Below are positions 25,936 to 34,874 of a stretch of 64,000 nucleotides of DNA, one piece after another. Position numbers and translations under genes: made by a program. The stretch lies in the IMG/VR virus record IMGVR_UViG_3300047557_002530, one strand, 5' to 3'. A model generated the notes under the pieces. It worked only from the letters and a program-made list of their open reading frames with translations, ran no database searches and was not told the origin of the DNA. The DNA comes from a virus. Its lineage: Duplodnaviria; Caudoviricetes. Position 1 is the first letter of the stretch; each line of letters starts with the position of its first letter.

Positions 25936-27249
25936 ATGTCAGTAAATACTCAAACATCAACAATACAAAAATTTGAAATTTATTCACACACTCCTGGAAA
26001 ATCTGTTAGTGTAGATGCAGGTAGTCCAAGGATTGAATATCGTGAGAGTATGATAGATAATACTATTCGTTTGACTTCATATTTTATTGAAGGTGGAGAT
26101 AGTGCTAATGATGGATCTAAAACAATCAGTGCGTTAGAATCACTTAACATACAAGGTGCAGAAAAAGTACTATTTAAATGCAGTGATAAAAGGGGAAATA
26201 TTTTGGATCTTAGTAAGGATACTTCTTTAAGAGTATCAAACAGAGTTCATGAATATAAAACACTGAAGAGTACATCTTATATTCTACAGATGGTTTCAAA
26301 AGAATTTTTTGATAATAAAGAACTAGAGAGAGCAGTTCTTAGAAAATATACTGGTAAAATATCTGACTCTGTGAATAAGATTTTAAAAGAAGATCTTAAA
26401 ACCGATAAGGATCTTTTTATTAGTCCAACATTAAAAGATTGTAATGATTTTGGATTAAGAAAACCACCATTTGAAGTCATTCTTGAGTTACAACAATTGG
26501 CAATTCCTGCTTTTAAAAAATCTGAAAATAAAACTGCTGGATTTTTCTTTTGGCAAACTTCAAAGGGATTTTATTTTAAGTCTCCTGATGAGATTTTTAA
26601 TTCAAAACCAATAAAGAAATACATTTATAATTTTGCTGTTGATAGAGAAGTGCCTGATGGATATACTGATAAAATTAAACAACTCTATGTGAATAGGAGC
26701 GTTGATGTTGAAAGACAAATGGACCATGGTGCTTATGGTACAGTAACTGAAACATTTGATTTTTATTCTCTAGAGGTCAATAAAAACGCTCCATTATTAG
26801 CACAGGAGGCAGGAAAAGTTTTATCTGGAAAAGAACTTCCAAAATATGGTGATTATTTTAAAAAACCAACTAAGTATTTGGCAATACCTGAATCTATTGG
26901 TATGGCATATATGACTGGTGATTCTATTGATTTGCAACTTGATAAATCAAAAAAAGAAAACTTTAGTGTTGAGACAATCGCGCAAGCAGTCCAGAACTAT
27001 CGTCAAAGGTTAAACTATATGATTGAGGTTGTAATAGATGCAGACTTTAGTTTACAGGCGGGTGATTTGATTCGTTGTGATTTACCACCTTTGTCTAGTG
27101 CAAAAACTCCGGAACCAAATGCTATTGATAGTGGTATATATATGATATTGGAGTTATGTCATTTCATTTCACCTAGGAGTGCCGGAACAGATTCCTCTTT
27201 TTATACTGGATTAGTTCTGGTTAGAGACTCTTACGGCATAAAAAATTAA
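25936..27249 (+). CDS. Putative baseplate hub protein
   Basis: 437 aa; FFFWQTSKGFYFKS; SGIYMILELCH; position in the tail block. Confidence 0.5.
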   Translation: MSVNTQTSTIQKFEIYSHTPGKSVSVDAGSPRIEYRESMIDNTIRLTSYFIEGGDSANDGSKTISALESLNIQGAEKVLFKCSDKRGNILDLSKDTSLRVSNRVHEYKTLKSTSYILQMVSKEFFDNKELERAVLRKYTGKISDSVNKILKEDLKTDKDLFISPTLKDCNDFGLRKPPFEVILELQQLAIPAFKKSENKTAGFFFWQTSKGFYFKSPDEIFNSKPIKKYIYNFAVDREVPDGYTDKIKQLYVNRSVDVERQMDHGAYGTVTETFDFYSLEVNKNAPLLAQEAGKVLSGKELPKYGDYFKKPTKYLAIPESIGMAYMTGDSIDLQLDKSKKENFSVETIAQAVQNYRQRLNYMIEVVIDADFSLQAGDLIRCDLPPLSSAKTPEPNAIDSGIYMILELCHFISPRSAGTDSSFYTGLVLVRDSYGIKN

Positions 27250-27261
27250 TTTAAGAAACTT

Positions 27262-27477
27262 ATGGAAAAGTCACTTCAGCAACACATTAACGATGATCGT
27301 GATGAGATAGATAATCCAAATACAAGCAGTCAACGCCGCCGTCATTTAGAAGATGAACTTGATTCTCTTGAAAAATATCAGGCAAATCATCCAGATGACG
27401 ATCACGATCCAACATCATTAGAACTTTACTGTGACGGACACCCAGATGCTCTTGAATGTAGAATTTACGAAGATTAA
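27262..27477 (+). CDS. cp12: CP12-like Calvin cycle inhibitor
   Basis: C-terminal PTSLELYCDGHPDALECRIYED (CP12 cysteine-pair motif). Confidence 0.85.
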   Translation: MEKSLQQHINDDRDEIDNPNTSSQRRRHLEDELDSLEKYQANHPDDDHDPTSLELYCDGHPDALECRIYED

Positions 27478-27479
27478 AA

Positions 27480-29789
27480 ATGACCTCAAACTTGTATCAA
27501 CCCTATGTTTATGATCCCGATAAAGAATATGAATTTATAGGTATAGGTCAAATTGTCGATCCAAAAACCTATAAACTTTTTTGTGTTCCTAATAAAGGAG
27601 ACACAAAAGGTGAAGATGCAAAAGGTTGGGGAGAAAGATATAAAGTAAGACTTTGTTTTAGGAATTCAAATGAAACAAAGGATGAAGATTTGATTGATGC
27701 AACTCGTCATATGTCCTTTCCATCAGGACATGCTGGATTGCAGATTTATGTTCCACTAGCACCAAATACTTTTGTTAATATTCATAAAAACAGACTGAAT
27801 AGGCAATACGTTATATCAAGTGTAATTGGTAGTTCATTATGTTCTTTTAGTGATAACAAAGATCCGAAGCAAGGTTGTGCTCCAAGGTCTGGTTTTGGTG
27901 CAGGGATTGGTGGATTTACTGTACCAGATACAAATACTGACGGCGGAAAAGTAGTCAATGAAAATGGTGCTGGTGCCGATTGTACTATTTCCGCAGCAGA
28001 TAAGCAACAGCAAGATTTAAACAAATATATTTTTGCACCATCTGCTTGTACTCCCGTAGATTCTAATGCGATTAATCGCGATTTAATCAATCTCAAAAAA
28101 GATATTGAAGGTTTAAGAAATAAAATTAATGGTCCAAATAGTGCTCTCTCTAATGCAGAAAAGTTTTTAAGTGAGGCACAACAAAAAGTAAGTTCATATG
28201 CAGATAAGATTACTGGTTGGATTAAATGGTTAATTGATGAAATAAAACTTAGAGTAGAAAGAGGTGTTAACTGGACTGTCAATAAAGCAAAGGCAGCATT
28301 ATATTTAAATCAAAGAGTTCCTTTGCAAGAAAAGAAAACAACCGCCTTGGACTTGATTGCTTGTTTATTCAATAAGATATTAGATAACTTGAGCTCTTTG
28401 ATAGAGCAGTTTTTGAATCAAATTATTGGTCGTTATGTTAATATGGCAGTTTGTGCCATTGAAAAATTTTTAAATGAATTAGTAGGTCAAATTCTAGGGC
28501 AAATTTTAGCAGCAGTTAATGGAATACTTGGCGCAGTACTGGGAACTATTGCTGGTATCAAAGGTCTTGTTGATTCTGTTTTAAACGCTATTGTTTCTTT
28601 ACTGGACTTTTTATCTTGCGATGTAAAGGCACAGTGTCCGGATGTAAAGGAATGGAATTTCCTTGAAGGTGGTAAACCATCTAGCGTGGCTTTAGATGTA
28701 AATGCTATTTTTAATTCTGCCAAGTCAATTATATCTTCAGCAAAATCTATTGTTGATCCAAATAACTTTAAGTTTAATCTTGATATCAACTCAATGATTG
28801 TTGGTGTTGGTGATGCTTGTAATGTTGGACCTATTCTGTGTGGTCCTCCTAAAATTTCTTTCTGGGGTGGTGGCGGACAAGGCGCTACAGGCAATGCAAT
28901 TGTTAGTGCTGCAGGTGACATTCTGGGTATTGATATTATTTCTCCTGGATTTGGTTACACCAAAGCACCATTTGTAAGCATTGAAGACTCTTGTGGAAGA
29001 GGAAAAGGTGCCACTGCTGTTGCTGTGATTGGTGACGTTCCGTATGTTCCACCTGTTACTGGAATTGGAAGCACAGTAACTGTCGGAACAACTGGAATAG
29101 GAACAACAGGAACAACTGGAATAGGAACAACAGGAACCACACCAAACCTAGGAGACATTGTAAAGGGAATAACGAAAATTGTTATGATTGATAATGGAAC
29201 CGAGTATCTACCAAGACCTGATGGCAGTAAAGGTGGTGATGAAAGAACGTGGGCTACAAGGTGCCAATCAACAATAAGAAGAGCAGATGGCAACTGGGAA
29301 TATCCTTATAATCCTGGGGAGATTATGAATATTAAAGTTGGAGATTACGTTCAACTTGCAGGAGAATCTCCATTCGTTTCTATTAATGAGGAAAGTGTCA
29401 CTGCTCCGCAGTGTCCGCCAGAAGACATTCCAATTACTGGACCAACAATTCCTAATGGATCTTATCCAGTAATCATTGAAATAGTTGATACCGAAATCAC
29501 TAATCCTGGATTTGGTTATACTTCTGGTGATACTATAGTGATTAATCCAAGTAATGGAACCCAGATGACCCCGCAGTTTGGATACAACGGACAACTCACT
29601 GGCATTACTATGGTAAAAACTGGAATAGGATTTACTGAACTCCCTGAAATAGGTATAGATAGTAGTACAGGTCATAATGCGGTTATCAAACCAGTCTTTA
29701 AAGTTCTAAAGGGCGATGGATTGATTACAAGACTTGGTGCAGTAGATACAATTATAAACGTTGTAGATTGTGTAGGTAAACCTGGATGA
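27480..29789 (+). CDS. gp5-like baseplate hub/spike protein
   Basis: N-terminal OB-fold-like region (RYKVRL...PLAPNTFV); repeated PGFGYT motifs. Confidence 0.55.
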   Translation: MTSNLYQPYVYDPDKEYEFIGIGQIVDPKTYKLFCVPNKGDTKGEDAKGWGERYKVRLCFRNSNETKDEDLIDATRHMSFPSGHAGLQIYVPLAPNTFVNIHKNRLNRQYVISSVIGSSLCSFSDNKDPKQGCAPRSGFGAGIGGFTVPDTNTDGGKVVNENGAGADCTISAADKQQQDLNKYIFAPSACTPVDSNAINRDLINLKKDIEGLRNKINGPNSALSNAEKFLSEAQQKVSSYADKITGWIKWLIDEIKLRVERGVNWTVNKAKAALYLNQRVPLQEKKTTALDLIACLFNKILDNLSSLIEQFLNQIIGRYVNMAVCAIEKFLNELVGQILGQILAAVNGILGAVLGTIAGIKGLVDSVLNAIVSLLDFLSCDVKAQCPDVKEWNFLEGGKPSSVALDVNAIFNSAKSIISSAKSIVDPNNFKFNLDINSMIVGVGDACNVGPILCGPPKISFWGGGGQGATGNAIVSAAGDILGIDIISPGFGYTKAPFVSIEDSCGRGKGATAVAVIGDVPYVPPVTGIGSTVTVGTTGIGTTGTTGIGTTGTTPNLGDIVKGITKIVMIDNGTEYLPRPDGSKGGDERTWATRCQSTIRRADGNWEYPYNPGEIMNIKVGDYVQLAGESPFVSINEESVTAPQCPPEDIPITGPTIPNGSYPVIIEIVDTEITNPGFGYTSGDTIVINPSNGTQMTPQFGYNGQLTGITMVKTGIGFTELPEIGIDSSTGHNAVIKPVFKVLKGDGLITRLGAVDTIINVVDCVGKPG
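29085..29137 (+). repeat. 24-bp tandem repeat (about 2.2 copies) encoding GTTGIGTT
   Basis: ggaacaactggaataggaacaaca repeated exactly. Confidence 0.9.
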
Positions 29790-30400
29790 GTAAAAGATTA
29801 GAAACGAGTTGGGACTATTCCCGCATTGGTACAACTCAAGGTGAATTGAGATTTGGTGATGTAATGCTTAATGGCACTAAGCTTGCCGCATTAATTCGTA
29901 ATTCAAATCCAGCAAAGCCATCAGACCATTTTATGGCATATGGTAGTTCTGGTAAATTTGCTGGTTCAACTTGGAATCAATGTCCTGGAGTTTATCAGAT
30001 TATCTGTGGAACTACTCCCGTTGATGGTGTTGCTTTTGTTACTTATGCAGAGAACGGAGATGTAATCATCGGTGCTCCTGGGGGCAGATTGAGACTTTAT
30101 GCTAAGGACATAGATCTTATTGCAACTGGAACTGATACTAAAACTGGGTATGTAAATATTATAACCAACCAAGGAATAGAACTTCAGGCTGGTTCGTCAA
30201 TCAATATACAATCAAAGACAAATCTTACTATTGCTGCAGAGAGACAAGTTCAAATTGCTTCTCCTGGGAATATTAAAATTACAGGTCCAGGTGAATGGTT
30301 TGAAGATTGTGACTTTACCTTTGGTCCTACAGTAGGAACAATTACGGCATTGAAATTTTTAGATGGTCTTAAAAAAATGATAGGTAGTATCGGAGGTTAA
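29786..30400 (+). CDS. Putative structural (beta-strand-rich) protein
   Basis: ATGA overlap; Gly/Ile-rich beta repeats. Confidence 0.65.
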   Translation: MSKRLETSWDYSRIGTTQGELRFGDVMLNGTKLAALIRNSNPAKPSDHFMAYGSSGKFAGSTWNQCPGVYQIICGTTPVDGVAFVTYAENGDVIIGAPGGRLRLYAKDIDLIATGTDTKTGYVNIITNQGIELQAGSSINIQSKTNLTIAAERQVQIASPGNIKITGPGEWFEDCDFTFGPTVGTITALKFLDGLKKMIGSIGG

Positions 30401-30401
30401 T

Positions 30402-31361
30402 ATGGCTGGTTTTGGAAATCTCTTAGTCGGAGGTCAGTTTCAAGTTACCGCAGGTCTTCCTAAAGGAGTTCCTGGACCACCTGCAACAGCACTTGGTGGT
30501 AGTGCTGCTGGTCCTCCAGTAAATGGTAGTGCTTGGATTGAAGGTCCTGCGTTAATTGGTTCACCTCTTACATATCCTTCTCCAAGACCTCTTGCTACTA
30601 TGATGTTAGGTAGAACTAAAAACTACCTGGCACCAGAGGCAAATGGATTGCCTATTTTGATGATAAGTAGTAGAGCATCTGCACCCACTCCAACAGATCT
30701 TTTGATTGGAGATCCATCAGGACCAGTTGGACTTACTGCTACTCTTGCGCCAAAAGTTACTGTTACTGTTCTGGGGAAAACAACTTATACTTGCCCCAAA
30801 ACAACTGCGTTAGGTATACTAGAATGGTCTGGGAAAATAGATGTTAAAGGAAATACTATTTTTAAAGGTCGTAGTGTTACGACTGGCACGAAAGTTATTA
30901 ATGGACCAACAACAATTAATGGACCTTTGACAGTTAAAGGTTTATGCAATATTAAAGGTTTTCTTAAGTTTGAACGTTCAATCGTCGGTACTACCAAAAA
31001 GTTTGATATTCCACACCCAACCAAAGAAAATCATCGATTAGCGCATTCTTGTATTGAAGGTCCAGAGAATGGAGTTTACTACAGAGGAAGACTTACAAAC
31101 TCAAATGTAATCAATCTGCCTGATTATTGGAGAGGACTGGTAGATCCGGAAACAATCACAGTTACATTGACTCCACATAGTTCATATCAAGAGTTATATG
31201 TAAAAAATATTGAATGGGGCACTAAAATTAATGTGTTAAATAATTCTGGTGGACTTATTGACTGTAGTTATACAGTATTTGCAAAGAGAAAAGACGTTGC
31301 AGATTTAGTTGTTGAATATGAAGGAAATGAATCAAAAGAATGGGGCACAGTAGGAAAGTAA
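30402..31361 (+). CDS. Putative structural protein with a C-terminal FDIPHP...EGPE...RG domain
   Basis: KKFDIPHPTKENHRLAHSCIEGPENGVYYRG. Confidence 0.65.
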   Translation: MAGFGNLLVGGQFQVTAGLPKGVPGPPATALGGSAAGPPVNGSAWIEGPALIGSPLTYPSPRPLATMMLGRTKNYLAPEANGLPILMISSRASAPTPTDLLIGDPSGPVGLTATLAPKVTVTVLGKTTYTCPKTTALGILEWSGKIDVKGNTIFKGRSVTTGTKVINGPTTINGPLTVKGLCNIKGFLKFERSIVGTTKKFDIPHPTKENHRLAHSCIEGPENGVYYRGRLTNSNVINLPDYWRGLVDPETITVTLTPHSSYQELYVKNIEWGTKINVLNNSGGLIDCSYTVFAKRKDVADLVVEYEGNESKEWGTVGK

Positions 31362-31364
31362 ATT

Positions 31365-32723
31365 ATGGATCCTAGATATTATTCAGTTGTTAATGACGAT
31401 TTAAAGGCAAAGTTAGATGGTTCTTATTCTGCTATTGAGGATTCTACAGAGGCAATCATTGAAACTGATGCAACAAAAGGTGCATATGACGATATTATAA
31501 CTTCGTTGGACGTAGATATTTTTAATGAGATTCAAAGCGTAAACTCAAATATTGTTGATGTTGCTAGTGCATATCAAGATAGAATCAATGTTGGTTGTAG
31601 GACTGATGTATTTTGGAGACTGACTGGGACTGCAGGAACAACTTATACTTTAGTAGCAACTCAACTTTCTCTTGCTGGTTATGCAGGAACTCTTCCTAGT
31701 GTTGAATATTTTAATGGCGTTGGGTTTGTAACTTATGGCAACTACAGTACTTTTGGTTTTAGTACAGAAAGTGCATATGGAGTTAAGTATTATAATGAAC
31801 CAGTAACAGAAGATTTTGAAGATACTTTTGTCACTAGTTTTATTGGAACAATTTCTACAGGTTCCAATAAACTCATTGCTTTATCTGTTGTAGGTTCTTC
31901 TTCAACTCTTGGTATCACCACAGGACAGTTAGTTACCTCATCAAAATCTGGTGTTCTTCCCTCTTCAAGTAATATTGTGGGTATTGGGACAACTACATTG
32001 TCTCAATCTATTCTGGGAATATCTACAGAATCTCCAGTCACTATTTTGACATTAGATACTACAGCAACTGGAACTGCATCAGCACCAGAATCTGATGGAT
32101 CTTATGTGTCCTTTACTATTTCAAAATCAACAACACAATTTACGTATGATGATTATGAGATATTTGCAGAAAGTGATCCATTTATTCCACAAACCATTGG
32201 TATTATGACGACTGGTGATATTGGTATTGGTGTATCAATCAAATATGATAACTCTGGATATCTTTCCAATCCAATTTCCTGGAATCCATACCTTGTTGAT
32301 CCAGAAGATCCAAATACTTTTGAACCTAATGTTGGTGCAGGTACGTATTATCTAAAAGTTGGATTTTCTTCTTACCCAGTTACTTTAAGTGGACAAAGGG
32401 TTGCTGTTGGTTTTGTTACTACTGTTGATGCAACTCAATTTAGTGGTATTCTTTCAGCAACTTCTGCTTGTCCTACTCAAGAGACAAACTTGACTAATGC
32501 AATTAATGCCCTAAATACTGCGAAGTCTGATATAACCTCTGGTATTAGCACACTTAATTATAAAATAGACGTTGCAAATACCTTTAGAGAGCAAAGAAAA
32601 GAGTTCCAATCCGAAATTTGGGGATTGAGACAACAAATCGCATCATATCGCGCTGATATTATTAACTACGAAAAAGCACTCAACTATCTTGGTGTATCTA
32701 CAGTAACAAATGTAATCTTATGA
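31365..32723 (+). CDS. Putative virion structural protein
   Basis: 452 aa, Ser/Thr/Gly-rich, coiled-coil C-terminus. Confidence 0.65.
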   Translation: MDPRYYSVVNDDLKAKLDGSYSAIEDSTEAIIETDATKGAYDDIITSLDVDIFNEIQSVNSNIVDVASAYQDRINVGCRTDVFWRLTGTAGTTYTLVATQLSLAGYAGTLPSVEYFNGVGFVTYGNYSTFGFSTESAYGVKYYNEPVTEDFEDTFVTSFIGTISTGSNKLIALSVVGSSSTLGITTGQLVTSSKSGVLPSSSNIVGIGTTTLSQSILGISTESPVTILTLDTTATGTASAPESDGSYVSFTISKSTTQFTYDDYEIFAESDPFIPQTIGIMTTGDIGIGVSIKYDNSGYLSNPISWNPYLVDPEDPNTFEPNVGAGTYYLKVGFSSYPVTLSGQRVAVGFVTTVDATQFSGILSATSACPTQETNLTNAINALNTAKSDITSGISTLNYKIDVANTFREQRKEFQSEIWGLRQQIASYRADIINYEKALNYLGVSTVTNVIL

Positions 32724-33043
32724 AATTTCAACATCCAATAGACAAGTCCAAAACTCTTCATTACGAACACCCATTAACTAATAAACACCTTGTATTCACT
32801 CAAGGTCGTATTTCTAGTGGAAAATATATTCAACTTCCCCCAGAATGGGAAGGTTTAATCAATCCATCAACGATTACCGTCCACCTAACGCAAGTTGGTG
32901 CAGATCAAGCACTCGTTGTAAAGAGGATTGAAGACCTTAAGGTATATCTAAGCACTAATGGTATGCCAGCAAATTGTTACTATTTGGTGTTTGCCGAAAG
33001 ACGTGACCTGCCTCGCCCTGAAACGCTTGACACTGACCTCTGA
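32720..33043 (+). CDS. Paralog of the C-terminal domain of ORF 30402-31361
   Basis: IQLPPEWEGLINPSTITVHLTQ vs INLPDYWRGLVDPETITVTLTP. Confidence 0.65.
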   Translation: MKFQHPIDKSKTLHYEHPLTNKHLVFTQGRISSGKYIQLPPEWEGLINPSTITVHLTQVGADQALVVKRIEDLKVYLSTNGMPANCYYLVFAERRDLPRPETLDTDL

Positions 33044-33080
33044 TCGTGTTATGATAATTGGGTAATCAAAGGACGACCGA

Positions 33081-33263
33081 ATGCAAGACGAGTACCTCTC
33101 ACGCTGCGTTGTGGACCCCATCAAGCGTACAGTGTATCTGTATTCTAATGAAGGTTCAGAAAAGCAAGTGACCTGTGATACAGTAGATGAGTTTATGAAT
33201 GTGCTAAAGTTCGTTCGTGCTACAGTGGATGAAGAGACACTTTCTTATGCAAGTCCTCTCTGA
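33081..33263 (+). CDS. Hypothetical protein
   Basis: Preceded by TTGACA...GATAAT promoter and RBS. Confidence 0.65.
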   Translation: MQDEYLSRCVVDPIKRTVYLYSNEGSEKQVTCDTVDEFMNVLKFVRATVDEETLSYASPL

Positions 33264-33343
33264 AACCAAAATGGACTTTTAATTCCATTTTAGGTCCAAA
33301 AAAATTCCCGGTAAAAATTGCCTCTATTACTTTTTTGAAAACT

Positions 33344-33547
33344 ATGGTTTACAAAATCTCATACAAAGACCTTAAAGAAGAGACTGTTAAAACCACTCCT
33401 GAAAATGTAAAAGAGGCAAATGAGGCACTCTTTTCTGCAAAGTGGAATCTTCCTAAAGCCGCAAAGCACTGTGGAATGAGTATTAAAGAGATGCGCTTGA
33501 CATTCTTTGAGTATCTGAAGTATAATGATGTAACTTACAAAGCGTAA
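33344..33547 (+). CDS. Small HTH-like hypothetical protein
   Basis: WNLPKAAKHCGMSIKEMRLTF. Confidence 0.6.
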   Translation: MVYKISYKDLKEETVKTTPENVKEANEALFSAKWNLPKAAKHCGMSIKEMRLTFFEYLKYNDVTYKA

Positions 33548-33554
33548 GTTTTTT

Positions 33555-33992
33555 ATGAAAATATATGGTCCTTACACAGCAAAAGACGGAAGACAAAGAA
33601 TTGTTCTCTATGAAAATGGTAAAAGAACAACAGTTTCTTATCCAAAATATCTTTTAGAACAAAAACTTGGTAGACCACTTTTACCTGATGAAACCTGCGA
33701 CCATATAGATGGTGATTTTACCAACAACTCACTTGACAACTTACAAGTTTTGAGTAGAGTAGATAACATAAGGAAACACGCAGCAGTACATAACAGAGCA
33801 GAAATGATTTGTTGTGTATGTCCTGAATGTGATAAATCTTTCTATAAACCAGCAAGAGACATTAGACATAACAATCTAAAACAACAAAAAGTTGGTCCAT
33901 TTTGTTCTAAATCTTGTGCTGGAAAATATAGTCAAAGGTTAAATAAAACTTTTAGAGGAGGAAAACCAAATCTAAACTACAAGCCCGTGTGA
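33555..33992 (+). CDS. HNH homing endonuclease overlapping tRNA-Leu
   Basis: CDHIDGDFTNNSLDNLQVLSRVDNIRKH HNH core; C-terminal CPEC...FCSKSC. Confidence 0.85.
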   Translation: MKIYGPYTAKDGRQRIVLYENGKRTTVSYPKYLLEQKLGRPLLPDETCDHIDGDFTNNSLDNLQVLSRVDNIRKHAAVHNRAEMICCVCPECDKSFYKPARDIRHNNLKQQKVGPFCSKSCAGKYSQRLNKTFRGGKPNLNYKPV

Positions 33993-34056
33993 CCCAGCGG
34001 AATGAGGTTCTCGACTTAAAATCGAGCAGTCGGCGGTTCGAATCCGCCCACGGGTA
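33983..34056 (+). tRNA. tRNA-Leu(UAA), short variable loop
   Basis: Cloverleaf: gcccgtg/cacgggt, anticodon arm ctcga-cttaaaa-tcgag, ggcgg-ttcgaat-ccgcc; no encoded CCA. Confidence 0.88.
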
Positions 34057-34098
34057 TGAGGTTCTTCCTCTAAATAAACAAAAGTAAAGGACTATTCT

Positions 34099-34368
34099 AT
34101 GAAATACAGAATAGATGCCAGATACGTTTGGTATAATCGCGGAACTCAAATAGTTCTATTGTACTTTATAAATCAGATTCCTTTTACTTTTGACGATCTT
34201 CCAAAAGACTCTTTGTTCGATTTGGAACTGATCAAATTGGCAGATAACGAAAGAAGGTTTGAACCAGAAGACCTTTATCAAGCATCATACTATTTGATGC
34301 TTGAAGAATGTCATCCACTCTTATATGAGTTGGAACTGGAAAATCCAGAAATGTTACCTGCTGATTAA
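34099..34368 (+). CDS. Hypothetical protein
   Basis: 89 aa; AAGGA RBS. Confidence 0.7.
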   Translation: MKYRIDARYVWYNRGTQIVLLYFINQIPFTFDDLPKDSLFDLELIKLADNERRFEPEDLYQASYYLMLEECHPLLYELELENPEMLPAD

Positions 34369-34369
34369 T

Positions 34370-34441
34370 GCCCTTGTAGCTCAGTGGTAGAGCAACGGTT
34401 TTGTAAACCGTTGGTCGCTGGTTCAAATCCAGTCGGGGGCT
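34370..34441 (+). tRNA. tRNA-Thr(UGU)
   Basis: gcccttg/cgggggc acceptor; TAGCTCAGTGGTAGAGC D arm; aacgg-tttgtaa-ccgtt; GGTTCAAATCC T arm. Confidence 0.93.
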
Positions 34442-34459
34442 CTGAGTTCTATAACTCCA

Positions 34460-34618
34460 ATGTCACTTATTTCACAAACCGACCGTCAAATGGTCATTGA
34501 AGCACTTGAATATTATGTTCAAAAACTTAAGGAAGATAACTGCACTCCTGCCTCTATCGGTGCATTCCAAACCCTCCTTAACTGGATCGAACTTGAGCAT
34601 TTCAAACATGCGGATTAA
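34460..34618 (+). CDS. Small hypothetical protein (52 aa)
   Basis: MSLISQTDRQMVIEALEYYVQKLK..., read manually. Confidence 0.55.
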   Translation: MSLISQTDRQMVIEALEYYVQKLKEDNCTPASIGAFQTLLNWIELEHFKHAD

Positions 34619-34787
34619 TTTATGGTTCTGTCCGGAAATGAAACAATGGCGCTGGACACTTATAAAGAATGATGTTCCCATTTGTAAACAAGAATCTGGA
34701 CAAAGACCAGATTTACATACTGCTATGGAAGATATAGCAAACACTGTAAAATACTTAATGAGTCAAAATATAAATAATGATGCCTGA
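34608..34787 (+). CDS. Small hypothetical protein
   Basis: MRINLWFCPEMKQWRWTL...; overlaps the upstream ORF. Confidence 0.6.
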   Translation: MRINLWFCPEMKQWRWTLIKNDVPICKQESGQRPDLHTAMEDIANTVKYLMSQNINNDA

Positions 34788-34788
34788 A

Positions 34789-34860
34789 GTTGACTGCAAT
34801 CTCTACAGGTTGGAGAGGAGAAATCCTCTCCTTTGTATTATAAATATTAATGCAGTCAAC
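34789..34860 (+). repeat. Nested inverted repeat with a late promoter upstream of the GIY-YIG ORF
   Basis: gttgactgca (34789-34798) / tgcagtcaac (34851-34860), inner ggagagg/cctctcc, TATAAATA inside. Confidence 0.8.
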
Positions 34861-34874
34861 TAAAGAGCAGAGTT

